From Candidatus Limnocylindrales bacterium (lineage in GTDB: Bacteria; Moduliflexota; Moduliflexia; Moduliflexales; JAUQPW01): 64,000 nt of DNA. The DNA lies in assembly GCA_035559535.1 (NCBI GenBank), contig DATMBG010000022.1:192568-256567 (forward strand), written 5' to 3'. The translations under genes were made by a program, and so were the position numbers. Below, in pieces: positions 8,739-18,654 of this stretch (positions are counted from its first letter, which is position 1; each line of letters opens with the position of its first letter). The notes below the pieces were generated by a model that was not told the DNA's origin, did no database searches, and worked only from the letters and a program-made list of their open reading frames with translations.

Positions 8739-10184
8739 CTACCTGGGATAGGCATTAGGTCTGCTGGCCCATTCTTTGTAAGCTTCCCGTTGTTTATCTA
8801 CCCCAAGCCTTTGCGTGATGGCATCCCATTCTGCCGCAGCTTTATCCAAAGCTTCTTTAGGAGGTGTTCCCGCGTAGGCAGCTACGGCTGCTCGATCCAG
8901 AGCTTCTTCATATTCCCGTGCACCGGGTATGGCCAGATCCAGAAGACCTTTTTCGGCTCCGAGTTTGAGGACATCCAGATACTCCCCGGCATTATCCCAT
9001 TGAGATCGATACTCTTTAGATTCATAATGGCTCAAACGGTAGGGATCCCGTAAGGCGTAAGGAAGCATGACCCGTTGGAGGCTGATCTCCTTGCTGGTAA
9101 GCCATTGAATGAAAAGGTAAGCGGCTTCTTTGTTTGGACTATCCGACGATACACCCAGATTGAATCCTGCAGCCAGCTCGGGATGGCCTCCGGGAGGCAA
9201 GGCATAACCAACCTTACCGATAACCTTCGTTTCCGGCATCCATTTAAGTTGCTCGGCCCGATCTCTATAACCTTGCGACCAACGACCGGGGGGTGGCCAA
9301 CTGATAATCATGGCAACCTTACCGTCCATCCAGGCGCTGAAGACTTCGATAAAGCTCCACTTTTCAATTCCAGGGGGCATATTTTTGTTGTTATTTACCA
9401 TGTCCGTAAGGGCCTTAATGGCGGCTTCGCTGTTGATGGTAGCCTTCATGGTTTCAGGATCGAAGAATTTGGCTCCGTAGACTCGAAGCTCTTCTTCGAC
9501 CCAGGGGTAGGTCTGGCCTGCGGCTCGTTGAATAGCACATCCGTGGCCTCCACTGGCGGCTAATCTCTCTTTGAAGAAGGCACAGATTTGATCCCATTCC
9601 TGCCAGGTCTGAGGGGGGCGTAAGTCCTGACCATACTTGGCCTTATAGGCCTCCTGGTTTGCCTTATCCCCAAATAAATCCTTTCGATAATACATGACAA
9701 AGGTGTCCCCATCGTCAAAGATTCCATAATGCTTTCCTTTCCAGACCAGCCACTGTTGATAGGTAGGATGGATATCATCCAGAGCTCCCGGGGGCATATA
9801 CTTATTCATGAAATCATCCAGAGGCTCCAGGGCTCCCGCCTCAACCAGATCCGCCTGCCAGGCCGGGACGTAGTTGATAACATCGAAATCCCCCGACCCG
9901 GCCAGATGGGCAGTTACTATCTTGGAGAAAAGTTCAGGGAAAGGAGTTTCAATGGTCTGGACTTTAATACCCGTTAGCTTCTCCCACAGGGGACCCGAGA
10001 AGACTATAGGGTCCTGCGCCTGCAATCCGGCTTCCCATATTACCCGCAATGTGATTCCTTTGTATTTCTTAGCAGCTTCCACTGCAATATCTGCGGCAGA
10101 TTTCTCTTGACCATAACTTTGCAATCCAAAACTTAGTAGAGCCAAGATAGAAATTACAAATACCGAATGGATTTTCCAGTTCAT
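8739..10184 (-). CDS. ABC transporter substrate-binding protein (extracellular solute-binding family 1, sugar)
   Basis: Sec signal peptide MNWKIHSVFVISILALLSFGLQSYGQ, 481 aa. Directly upstream of the two permeases. Confidence 0.85.
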   Translation of the reverse strand: MNWKIHSVFVISILALLSFGLQSYGQEKSAADIAVEAAKKYKGITLRVIWEAGLQAQDPIVFSGPLWEKLTGIKVQTIETPFPELFSKIVTAHLAGSGDFDVINYVPAWQADLVEAGALEPLDDFMNKYMPPGALDDIHPTYQQWLVWKGKHYGIFDDGDTFVMYYRKDLFGDKANQEAYKAKYGQDLRPPQTWQEWDQICAFFKERLAASGGHGCAIQRAAGQTYPWVEEELRVYGAKFFDPETMKATINSEAAIKALTDMVNNNKNMPPGIEKWSFIEVFSAWMDGKVAMIISWPPPGRWSQGYRDRAEQLKWMPETKVIGKVGYALPPGGHPELAAGFNLGVSSDSPNKEAAYLFIQWLTSKEISLQRVMLPYALRDPYRLSHYESKEYRSQWDNAGEYLDVLKLGAEKGLLDLAIPGAREYEEALDRAAVAAYAGTPPKEALDKAAAEWDAITQRLGVDKQREAYKEWASRPNAYPR

Positions 10185-10334
10185 AGGCTTTGATCTCCCC
10201 TTATTTCACCAAGGTAAAAGCCGAAAATAAAACATTCCTCCCTTTACCTTATATTAATTATTTTATCATTTACCTTATTTTCGTGGTGCTTTTGGGTGAC
10301 GAAGTGTTTTTGTAACAAAGCCGTTAAATGATTT

Positions 10335-12326
10335 TTAACGCCTGTAATCTATTCTCACCAAACCATACGGAAGCATTTCAAATTTTAAATGGCCTTCTTC
10401 TGTTCCCACCTCCTTTCCGTTCTCTTGATAAAAGGTTTCTGGCTCCTGCATGGCCTGTTCGACATTCTGTTCATCTAGAGGCCGAATCCAGACTCTGGAA
10501 GGCAACCCGGCAACGGTCACCTGTTCCGGGACCGGACTAAGATTCATCACGATGAATCGGGTATGTCCATTTTTTCTCAATCCCAGTCCATTGGCCCGTA
10601 GAATGTCACTGGAACGGGTAGGGATGACAGTACCGCCGATAAACTGACCCACATCGGCCAGGACATGGTAAAGGGGAAATACCGTACCCGGTCGTGAAGG
10701 GAACTTTTCCGGTAAGGGAGAACCCTGCTCCGTCTCCATAACCCCTCGCCAGCCGGTCGTTTCATAGTAGGTGACACTGTATATTCCTTCTTCCAGGAGA
10801 TATTTGAGACTTCCCGTGGTCCAACATGCGCCAAACAAAGATGTTTGCCGAACGTCCACCTGGGGGGGAAGTTCTCCTGGAATGGCTTTTGGCTCGGGAG
10901 GCGAACCGTTGGGTTGAAGTCGGGGACGGAGCGTAACCGGACTGATGGCCAACAGTTTATCTCCGATAATTCGACGGGCATTTTGAACGGTTACCCCTTG
11001 GGTCTCCAGGTTTTCTACCAGTGTTGCATCATCAAAGGCGTGAACCTGGGGATTAATGGAATAGCTTACCAAATCGATAAGGGCCACCGGGGGATGACCG
11101 CGGTTTATCTCCGTAAAATAGGCGTTGGTACCTGCACCCACTTTGGCGGCAGGTGCGTATTCTTTCAAGACAGGACGGGCCAGTTGAATCCACTTTTCGG
11201 TGGTTGAACTCTCCCCAATATGGAAGATCAACCAGGTACAAACCCGCGGTTTAATCTGAAATAGTGCGTCCCTCAAGTCCATAAGTTCCTCCCTGGCTAC
11301 ATCCGACAAAATCAATGCCACTTCCAAGTCCACTCCCAGCTTTTCGGCTTCCTCGCCGGCTCGCTGCAATCGATTCCTATAATCTGATTCAAATAAAGGT
11401 AAATCCACCCGAAGATGGGAAAGGTTGAGTAGCTTCAGGCGGGCGATTTCCTTGGGGGTTAAAGATTGACCATGACTGGCCATACCCAGTCCGATACGCG
11501 GTAAGGGGAATGGATTGGCCGTAACCAGCCCCTCTATTCTCAAAGGTTTTGGCTGAGGAGGGGTGAAGAGGGCCGGGGTATGAAAACGTGCCGGATCTTT
11601 CTGTTCTCGAATTTTATCCTCTTCCCCCTCCTGACCATAGTGAAGGAAAAGAGTAACCGACTGGCTAATTTTCTCCCCGGCTTTGACTTCGACAGGACGT
11701 GGTAGCGCAAGGGGGGTACAATAGGTTTTGAAAGAAGCATCTGTCCAGTTACGATGGTCTTCGGTTTCAAATACCTCTCCTTCAAAGCGAACTTCTGCCC
11801 GAATGCCGGGTCGGACTTCATGGATCATACCCTGTAGATCCATAAAAGGTTGATGAGGTGAAATTGCTTTTGGAAACATGCTGCGTTCTCGGGTGCCATC
11901 TTTTTTCAATAATTCAACCGGTAACCCGGCAACCGACATGGGATGAAGTACACAGAAACCGAGACGGGCCCGCCAGAAATTACGATGGGCGATTCCCTCC
12001 ATCGAGAAGCGAATTGTTCCCTGCCGGTCCCCTGTAATATGTCCCTGCCAGGAAAAGTCGATTTCACCTTGTTTATGATCGGCGTCAAAGGTAATTTCAA
12101 AATGATCTTCCTGGCTATCTACCTTCAGGTTGGAAATAACCGGCACCACGGTACTCCAATCCGGCGGACGCAGCGCCATATAGATGTGCCGAAGAACTTC
12201 CTGTTCACCGAGTCGAATATACCTTAGTGTACCTGCTTCAAATTGAAGCGTGAGTGGACCTGCACGAAGTTCAAGCCGTTGCGCGGGAGGTTCGTTGACC
12301 CCACGTAGAAGAATCCAATTTGACAT
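10335..12326 (-). CDS. hypothetical protein (663 aa) heading the sugar-uptake cluster; possible glycan-processing enzyme
   Basis: Long uninterrupted ORF with no motif I can name. First gene of the co-directional cluster. Confidence 0.5.
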   Translation of the reverse strand: MSNWILLRGVNEPPAQRLELRAGPLTLQFEAGTLRYIRLGEQEVLRHIYMALRPPDWSTVVPVISNLKVDSQEDHFEITFDADHKQGEIDFSWQGHITGDRQGTIRFSMEGIAHRNFWRARLGFCVLHPMSVAGLPVELLKKDGTRERSMFPKAISPHQPFMDLQGMIHEVRPGIRAEVRFEGEVFETEDHRNWTDASFKTYCTPLALPRPVEVKAGEKISQSVTLFLHYGQEGEEDKIREQKDPARFHTPALFTPPQPKPLRIEGLVTANPFPLPRIGLGMASHGQSLTPKEIARLKLLNLSHLRVDLPLFESDYRNRLQRAGEEAEKLGVDLEVALILSDVAREELMDLRDALFQIKPRVCTWLIFHIGESSTTEKWIQLARPVLKEYAPAAKVGAGTNAYFTEINRGHPPVALIDLVSYSINPQVHAFDDATLVENLETQGVTVQNARRIIGDKLLAISPVTLRPRLQPNGSPPEPKAIPGELPPQVDVRQTSLFGACWTTGSLKYLLEEGIYSVTYYETTGWRGVMETEQGSPLPEKFPSRPGTVFPLYHVLADVGQFIGGTVIPTRSSDILRANGLGLRKNGHTRFIVMNLSPVPEQVTVAGLPSRVWIRPLDEQNVEQAMQEPETFYQENGKEVGTEEGHLKFEMLPYGLVRIDYRR

Positions 12327-12505
12327 GTCATTTCCTCCTCCGGGTTTTTTAGCAGATTTTCAACAAAACCAGGTAATATTGGCTTAACATACTCTGTCCG
12401 GGCTGGCAAGAAAATTTTAAAAAAATTGTAATCTGAAGGAGGAAGGGAAGGAAATAAGGGGAAAAAACAAAAAGGAGATCTTTAACGATCTCCTTTTTAA
12501 CTCCA

Positions 12506-12579
<74 letters not shown>

Positions 12580-12788
12580 AGATGCCTAGTAAAATTTAGT
12601 GCTTCAAAAACAATTACGCAACAAGAAAAAATTACCGGTTAACCTTCATCCCTTGCTGGACCCCTTCCTTTGTGCATCCCAACAGATGACCCCAGGAGCA
12701 ATACCCTGGGTTAGATTTGGAAAGTATCCAAGGGATGGTTTCATTACTCCCGGCCATAACGGCCCGGAAAGAATCTACCCTGTAAGGT

Positions 12789-13067
12789 TTAAAGAGTCTC
12801 TTCCTCCAGGGCTCTGATTTTCCTCTGCAGAATATCCAGTTGTTTTTGAAACTCCTCCTCACTGGCATTCATATCTAGAAGAATCTCTCCCTCTTGAGGT
12901 ATATCTTTCACTACGTACAAAGAATAATCGGGATATAATATGTCGGCCTCTGGATTTGGACTCTCTAAATCAAATTCCATAAAAGATAGATCTGAGCGTA
13001 AAAGGGATTCTGCAAGCAACATCATAGATTCCCAACCTAGAAAATGATTCCTGAATTTTCGACTCAT
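12789..13067 (-). CDS. hypothetical small acidic coiled-coil protein (doubtful)
   Basis: ORF only, no recognisable motif. Confidence 0.2.
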   Translation of the reverse strand: MSRKFRNHFLGWESMMLLAESLLRSDLSFMEFDLESPNPEADILYPDYSLYVVKDIPQEGEILLDMNASEEEFQKQLDILQRKIRALEEETL

Positions 13068-13166
13068 AAACTTAATAGGCTCACGATTGACTTTATTCTA
13101 TTATTTATCTTATTAATAAAAAAGGCAAATAAAAACAGGCCCGGGAAACTAACTTTTTATGTTGTC

Positions 13167-13859
13167 ATGCAGCTTTCTATGCTAAAGCAAGCTTTGGTGA
13201 TCATGGTTAAGGCACCGGTTCCAGGAAGAGTAAAAACCCGACTCTGTCCCCCTTTGACTCCGGAAATGGCCGCAGAACTTTATCGGTGTTTTCTGATTGA
13301 TATTTTCAGACGAGTGGTCCAACTCCCCCAGGTGAATAAAATTATCGGGTATACCCCTGAGGGAACCTGGCCAATCTTTCGCAGTTTATTACCTTCCGGG
13401 GATTTTGAGTTTATTCCCCAACGGGGTCAGGATCTGGGAGAACGCATGGCCAATCTGTTTAAGGATTTATTTCGATCTGGATACACTTCCATTTCTTTAA
13501 TCGGAAGTGATTGCCCCCATCTCCCCCTAGAGTTTCTACAAAAATCTCTGGATTATTTAAAAAACCCGGAGGTGGAAGTCGTGCTGGGACCCTCAGAAGA
13601 TGGGGGTTATTACTTGGTGGGATTATCCAGATCGCAACCGGAGATCTTTCAAGGAATCACCTGGAGTACCGATAAGGTTCTTACTGAAACCCTGAATCGA
13701 GTCCACCAACTAGGGCTTAAGGTGGCTCTGCTCTCCCCCTGGTATGATCTAGATACACCAGAGGATCTTAAAAAACTTACAAAAGAAGAACTAAAACACC
13801 CCGGGAAAGATTTACCGCTGGAGACCCTGGGCTTTTTGAGAAAGCATTTGAAACTATAA
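13167..13859 (+). CDS. DUF2064 / TIGR04282-type glycosyltransferase-like protein
   Basis: LVIMVKAPVPGRVKTRLCPPLTPEMAAELYRCFLIDIF matches the DUF2064 N-terminus. Start moved to ATG 13167 because the upstream ORF extension is AT-rich and low-complexity. Confidence 0.6.
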   Translation: MQLSMLKQALVIMVKAPVPGRVKTRLCPPLTPEMAAELYRCFLIDIFRRVVQLPQVNKIIGYTPEGTWPIFRSLLPSGDFEFIPQRGQDLGERMANLFKDLFRSGYTSISLIGSDCPHLPLEFLQKSLDYLKNPEVEVVLGPSEDGGYYLVGLSRSQPEIFQGITWSTDKVLTETLNRVHQLGLKVALLSPWYDLDTPEDLKKLTKEELKHPGKDLPLETLGFLRKHLKL

Positions 13860-13864
13860 TACCG

Positions 13865-14040
13865 GATCGTGTCCGGTGCCTCCGGATCCCTTCCCTCGCA
13901 TACTTCTTCAAGTTGAAAATGATCTCCCGAACCTGTCCGTGCAGGCAGGGATAAGGGTAAAGTCGTTTCTTCACTTTACGCCGGGCCTCAGTACGCCTCG
14001 TTCCGTGCAAGGGAAGGGAGACTTTCAAAGGCCCGGGTAT
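13865..14040. repeat. GC-rich hairpin-cluster element bounded by inverted TCCCTTCCCT / AGGGAAGGGA arms
   Basis: Left arm ggatcccttccctcgcata (~13886) pairs with tgcaagggaagggagac (~14000) about 110 nt apart. Related to motifs at 57190-57480. Confidence 0.4.
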
Positions 14041-14209
14041 TTCCCTTGAAACATTCCCTTTACAAGATTACTTTTTCTGAAAATTCAAAGAGATATGATC
14101 TTGTAACTTCTTTTAGTACTCATCTGCCTTTCAGGGAATAATCCCAGGATTGCCGGTCAGGACTGGGTTTAAGTAACTGTATCAATTTAGTAGATGTCCC
14201 TTTTTCTGT

Positions 14210-14290
14210 CTAAACACCCCCCTGGCCCCCCTCCAGGGGGGATTCAGCAGCAACCCTATGTCAGTCCCCCCTGGAGGGGGGCCAGGGGGG
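14210..14290. repeat. perfect 28-bp inverted repeat with 21-nt loop (cacccccctggcccccctccagggggga ... tcccccctggaggggggccaggggggtg)
   Basis: Direct reading: the right arm is the exact reverse complement of the left arm. Confidence 0.7.
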
Positions 14291-14393
14291 TGTTTCTTTT
14301 TCCACCTACTAAATGGATACGGATACCGGGTTTAAAACCTGTCTTTACTTATGAAAGGCAAACGGGTATAAAAAGAAGAAAGGAGGCTATTTC

Positions 14394-15068
14394 ATGGAGC
14401 CCACAGAGTTTAAAAATGCTACCCGAGCCCAGTCTGCTTTCTTGACTTCTGCGGAGCGAAAAGTTCTAAAATGGCTCGCCCGGCGGACACCCCTATGGAT
14501 TCATCCAGATCATCTAACCCTGATAGGCTTTGTAGCCATGTTTTTAGCCGGGGTATTTTATGGTCTCAGCCGGTGGGATGCCCGGTTTCTTCATGGGGTT
14601 AATTTTTGGCTTCTGATTAACTGGCTGGGAGACAGTCTGGATGGTACATTGGCCCGTTACCGAAATAAACAACGACCCAGGTACGGATTTTACGTGGACC
14701 ATATGGTGGACACCTTTGGCACTTTTTTTCTCATAGGTGGACTGGCCTTCTCCGGTTATATGAGCGAACGGATTGCCTTTGGAGTGCTGGTTGTTTATTT
14801 CATGCTGGCCATTCAGGTTTATCTGGCTACCTACACCCTGGGGACCTTTCAATTGTCTTTCTGGAAGTTGGGTCCTACCGAGTTGAGGATACTTCTCGTT
14901 CTGGGAAACCTTGTTCTGCTTTTGTCTCCCCATGCGCAGATTTATGATCGGACTTATTTACTTTACGATGTGGGGGGTATTATGGGTATAGTCGGTATGG
15001 CCTGGACGTTAATCACTTCGGCGATTCGAAATACAAAAATTCTGTATGATTTGGAACAGGTTTCATAA
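14394..15068 (+). CDS. CDP-alcohol phosphatidyltransferase family protein
   Basis: DSLDGTLARYRNKQRPRYGFYVDHMVDTF matches the D-G-x2-A-R-x8-G-x3-D-x3-D motif. Multiple TM segments. Confidence 0.8.
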   Translation: MEPTEFKNATRAQSAFLTSAERKVLKWLARRTPLWIHPDHLTLIGFVAMFLAGVFYGLSRWDARFLHGVNFWLLINWLGDSLDGTLARYRNKQRPRYGFYVDHMVDTFGTFFLIGGLAFSGYMSERIAFGVLVVYFMLAIQVYLATYTLGTFQLSFWKLGPTELRILLVLGNLVLLLSPHAQIYDRTYLLYDVGGIMGIVGMAWTLITSAIRNTKILYDLEQVS

Positions 15069-15163
15069 AGGGGAGCATCTTTTCGCCTTGATTTCGTCTC
15101 GGTAAAGGGTATATTAATACCAGGTAGATTTATTTTTAACCTCTTAACAAAGGACAACTTATT

Positions 15164-15859
15164 ATGTGTGGACGTTATACCCAAACCCGAGAGACGGAAG
15201 CTTTACAGGCCCGTTTTAAATTTGAGCCTACAGACATTGTACTCCATCCCAGATATAATCTGGCCCCGGGACAGGACGCTCCGGTAATTGTCCAGGAGGA
15301 GTCCAGGGTCCTCAAGCTCATGCATTGGGGTCTGGTCCCATCCTGGGCAAAAGAAACCTCCACCGGCTATAAGATGATCAACGCCCGGGCAGAAACCCTT
15401 ACCCAAAAACCCAGTTTTAAGAAGTCTTTTCAGCGCAGGCGTTGCCTGGTTCCGGCCGATGGTTTCTATGAATGGCGTAAAAATGGCGGTCGGGCCAAAA
15501 CTCCTCTACGTTTTGTACTCAAAAGCGGAGACCCTTTCGCTTTTGCAGGTCTCTGGGATATATGGCAGGGATCTGACGAAGACGCAACAGAAGGTAACAA
15601 CCGCTTGTTGCTGCTTTCCTTTACCATCATTACAACAGAAGCCAACGATCTGATTCGTCCGATTCATGATCGAATGCCGGTTATACTCCAACCAAAAGAT
15701 GAAGATACCTGGTTAGATCCGGATTTGAAGGATGTTAACAAACTGGCTTCTCTGTTAGTACCTTATCCATCGGATAAAATGATGGGGTACGAAGTCTCCT
15801 CTCTGGTAAATTCACCTCAAAACGATACCCCTGAGTGCCTGTTAGAAAGGAGGGTATAG
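15164..15859 (+). CDS. SOS response-associated peptidase (SRAP / YedK / HMCES family)
   Basis: N-terminal MCGRY with catalytic Cys2. 231 aa typical. Confidence 0.85.
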   Translation: MCGRYTQTRETEALQARFKFEPTDIVLHPRYNLAPGQDAPVIVQEESRVLKLMHWGLVPSWAKETSTGYKMINARAETLTQKPSFKKSFQRRRCLVPADGFYEWRKNGGRAKTPLRFVLKSGDPFAFAGLWDIWQGSDEDATEGNNRLLLLSFTIITTEANDLIRPIHDRMPVILQPKDEDTWLDPDLKDVNKLASLLVPYPSDKMMGYEVSSLVNSPQNDTPECLLERRV

Positions 15860-15860
15860 A

Positions 15861-16151
15861 ATGAATAATCTCAAACCGGATAGAAGTGAAATCGAGAAAA
15901 ACTGGCGGGCCCGGGGATTTAGCTGTGATCTTTGGGTTGATCCCCCCGGACGGGTCTGGAAAGATTATATTCATTCCGTGGATGAGCTTTTGATGGTCCT
16001 GGAAGGAGAGATTGAACTGGAAATGCAGGGAAAGACCTTTCGTCCCAAGGTAGGGGAGGAAGTACTCATCCCGGCCAGAACCCTGCACACCGTTCGTAAC
16101 GTAGGAAGTACGACTTCCCGATGGCTTTACGGTTATAAGGAGCATCCCTGA
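15861..16151 (+). CDS. cupin domain protein
   Basis: Small beta-barrel-type sequence (GEEVLIPARTLHTVRNVG). The ATG is 1 nt after the SRAP stop, consistent with translational coupling. Confidence 0.55.
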   Translation: MNNLKPDRSEIEKNWRARGFSCDLWVDPPGRVWKDYIHSVDELLMVLEGEIELEMQGKTFRPKVGEEVLIPARTLHTVRNVGSTTSRWLYGYKEHP

Positions 16152-16533
16152 AACCTCTCTGGATCCTGAAAGGAGTCACTCTTGTTCCTGCTTATGGCAG
16201 CAATAGCCGGGACGGGTACCCGGTTAGCCGAAAGCAGAAAAAAGCAGAAGATTTTTAACAGGAAATTTTATCTCCCTGCCGAAGTCCAGATCAGGATGGA
16301 TTCCTGAGAAGGTTAAGACAGGCCGATTATTAAATAACCCTGGGACTCCTGGAATTGTTTACATGGATCTAGAGAGGTGGGTTTCAAACCCTGCTTCTCA
16401 ACATAGGTGGGAAGAGGATAAGCCGGAGTTCCCCTTTGATTTTAACTCAACTCCTTTAACTTCAGCATAATTCATCAAGAAAAAGGATTTTATACTTTCC
16501 CCCTAATATTTCTCTGAGGTTCCATTTTTTTTC

Positions 16534-16562
16534 TTGACAGGGGATTTTGGAGGGAATATAGA
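16534..16562 (+). promoter_or_regulatory. candidate sigma70-type promoter (TTGACA-N17-TATAGA) preceding a ~290-nt structured leader of the PQQ dehydrogenase gene
   Basis: TTGACA at 16534-16539, TATAGA at 16557-16562, preceded by a T-run. Identified by eye only. Confidence 0.25.
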
Positions 16563-16852
16563 ACAGGGTTATCCTCATCCCTCAACCCTTCCTCTAACCG
16601 GAGGGGGATCATACCACCGGAGCGACAAAAGCAGAGATCTACCGTCCACCTGTGGGATAAGGAGTCGAGTCAATTCAATCTTTGGCCATGAGTTAGATCA
16701 CAACCGTCTATCCCTACCTCGTAGGGATAGATCCTTAAACCCATAAGAATCTGTGGTGAGTAGCCCCCGGCTTGTGGGTTTAGACAAAGAGGGTATCTGT
16801 GTACGTTCTATTGAATTTGCACGGATAGAACCCTGAATCAAAGGAGGAAATC

Positions 16853-18550
16853 ATGGACCGTATTTTAAGGAGACTCGCAGTAAAGTATTTTGTTTTAGTG
16901 CTTTTCCTCACAGGTATTACCGGTTGGGTGCACGCACAACCCGTAACAGATATCATGCTGGCGGCTAATCCAGGTGAATCCTGGCTCCATGCCAACGGCA
17001 ACTGGGCAGGACATCGCTACAGTACCTTAACCCAACTAAACCCGGAGAGCATCAAGGGTCTCAAGCTTGCCTGGATTTACTCATTAGGGGGAAAAACCGA
17101 TGCCCAGAATACACCGCTCTATCATGATGGACTGGTATATGTTGCCCAAGACAATACCGTGTTTGCCCTGGATGCCCATTCTGGGAAACGGGTATGGAAG
17201 TATACCCACAAGCTTCCTGAAGATTGGGGTGGATACAACGTTCCCTTCATCACAGGTAAACATCGGGGCTTAGCTATTTACGGGGAATATATTTACTTCC
17301 TGTCTAACGATGCCAAACTCCACGCCATCCATTACAAAACGGGTCAGGCAAAGTTCGTAAAGGATTATCCGGACTTTCCTTACCCCAAGGACTTCGAAAA
17401 ATCTAAGGATGCAAACGGCTATGCAACGACCGTTGGTCCCCTGGCAATCCCTGGCCAGATTATTGTACCTATGAACGGGACAGACTTCGGTGGACTCCCC
17501 GGATATGTGCTGGGTGTAAATCCAGAGAACGGCAACATGTTATGGAAAGCCAACATGATCCCAGGACCGGGGGAAGTAGGATACGAGACCTGGCCTCAGG
17601 GGAGCCATGAGTGGGGTGGAGCAGGTCCCTGGATTACCGGTACCTGGGATCCTGAGCTGAAAATGTACTTTACAGGGACGGCCAATGCTTATCCCTGGAA
17701 TCCTAAAAACCGGGGTAAGGGATTAATGGAAAACCTGGGGGCTGCAGGTATTGTGGCAGTTAATACAGATACCGGCAAGACGGTCTGGCGCTATAGTGCT
17801 GTCCCTGGGGATCCCTGGGACTTTGATACGCCACAGACTCCGTTGATTATAGAGATCGAAGGACGAAAGACCCTTGTCCAGCCAAACAAGACCGGTTTTA
17901 TCCACTATCTGGATCCGAAGACCGGAAAATTCCTGAGAGCCGTACCTTTCGCCGATAAGATTACCTGGATTAAAGGATATGATCCGGAAGGAAAACCCAT
18001 CAGCCAGATCGACCTGCCTGTAGAAGGGGGGCCGACGATTGAGGTATGGCCCAGCTTGCTGGGTGGCGTGAACATGTATCCTTCAGCGTATAATCCTAAG
18101 ACGGGTTATATCTATCTGGCAGCGGTCAATGCCGGAATGAAGTATGGATTCGAGGATATTAAGGTCATCAGCAACGTCCGACATTTCGGTGCGTATCAGG
18201 AATTCATCTGGGGATACGAGGTGGATCAGGCCAGGGACGTCAAGTCGGGTAGAGAAGTCTGGAGGGATCAAAAGAGTAAACATGGATTTGCCGGTGGAAT
18301 GCTGACCACAGCCGGAAATCTGACCTTCTACACAACCCAGGGGGGTGTCTTTCAAGGTGTAAATGCCACTACCGGTGAAATCCTATACGCCTTCAACCTG
18401 GGAACAACAGCTTACTCTGGACCGATTACCTTCATGGTTGATGGTAAACAATGCGTCGTACAGGTAGCCGGAGGATCTCCCGAAAAATTCGGCTACAAGG
18501 AGCACAATCTGGAACACGGCAGCCTGGTTGCAGCATTCTGCCTGGAATAA
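16853..18550 (+). CDS. PQQ-dependent dehydrogenase, methanol/ethanol family (XoxF/ExaF-like)
   Basis: Sec signal peptide. Eight-bladed propeller with Trp-docking motifs. Catalytic region GDPWDFDTPQ carries a D-x-D motif. There is no adjacent Cys-Cys pair anywhere in the 565 aa. Followed by a c-type cytochrome. Confidence 0.85.
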   Translation: MDRILRRLAVKYFVLVLFLTGITGWVHAQPVTDIMLAANPGESWLHANGNWAGHRYSTLTQLNPESIKGLKLAWIYSLGGKTDAQNTPLYHDGLVYVAQDNTVFALDAHSGKRVWKYTHKLPEDWGGYNVPFITGKHRGLAIYGEYIYFLSNDAKLHAIHYKTGQAKFVKDYPDFPYPKDFEKSKDANGYATTVGPLAIPGQIIVPMNGTDFGGLPGYVLGVNPENGNMLWKANMIPGPGEVGYETWPQGSHEWGGAGPWITGTWDPELKMYFTGTANAYPWNPKNRGKGLMENLGAAGIVAVNTDTGKTVWRYSAVPGDPWDFDTPQTPLIIEIEGRKTLVQPNKTGFIHYLDPKTGKFLRAVPFADKITWIKGYDPEGKPISQIDLPVEGGPTIEVWPSLLGGVNMYPSAYNPKTGYIYLAAVNAGMKYGFEDIKVISNVRHFGAYQEFIWGYEVDQARDVKSGREVWRDQKSKHGFAGGMLTTAGNLTFYTTQGGVFQGVNATTGEILYAFNLGTTAYSGPITFMVDGKQCVVQVAGGSPEKFGYKEHNLEHGSLVAAFCLE

Positions 18551-18654
18551 ACCGGAAGATGCCCAGGAGTTTTACTTAAAGTAGAGATGAAAAAGCGCGC
18601 ACAGAGGACTGTGCGCGCTTTTGTGGGATAGGTCAAAAATAAAGGGAGAAAGTA

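Noticed and set aside
16534-16746. ORF 16534..16746 (+) 70 aa
   Set aside because: Falls in the non-coding leader/promoter region of the PQQ dehydrogenase, with no RBS and no protein-like composition.
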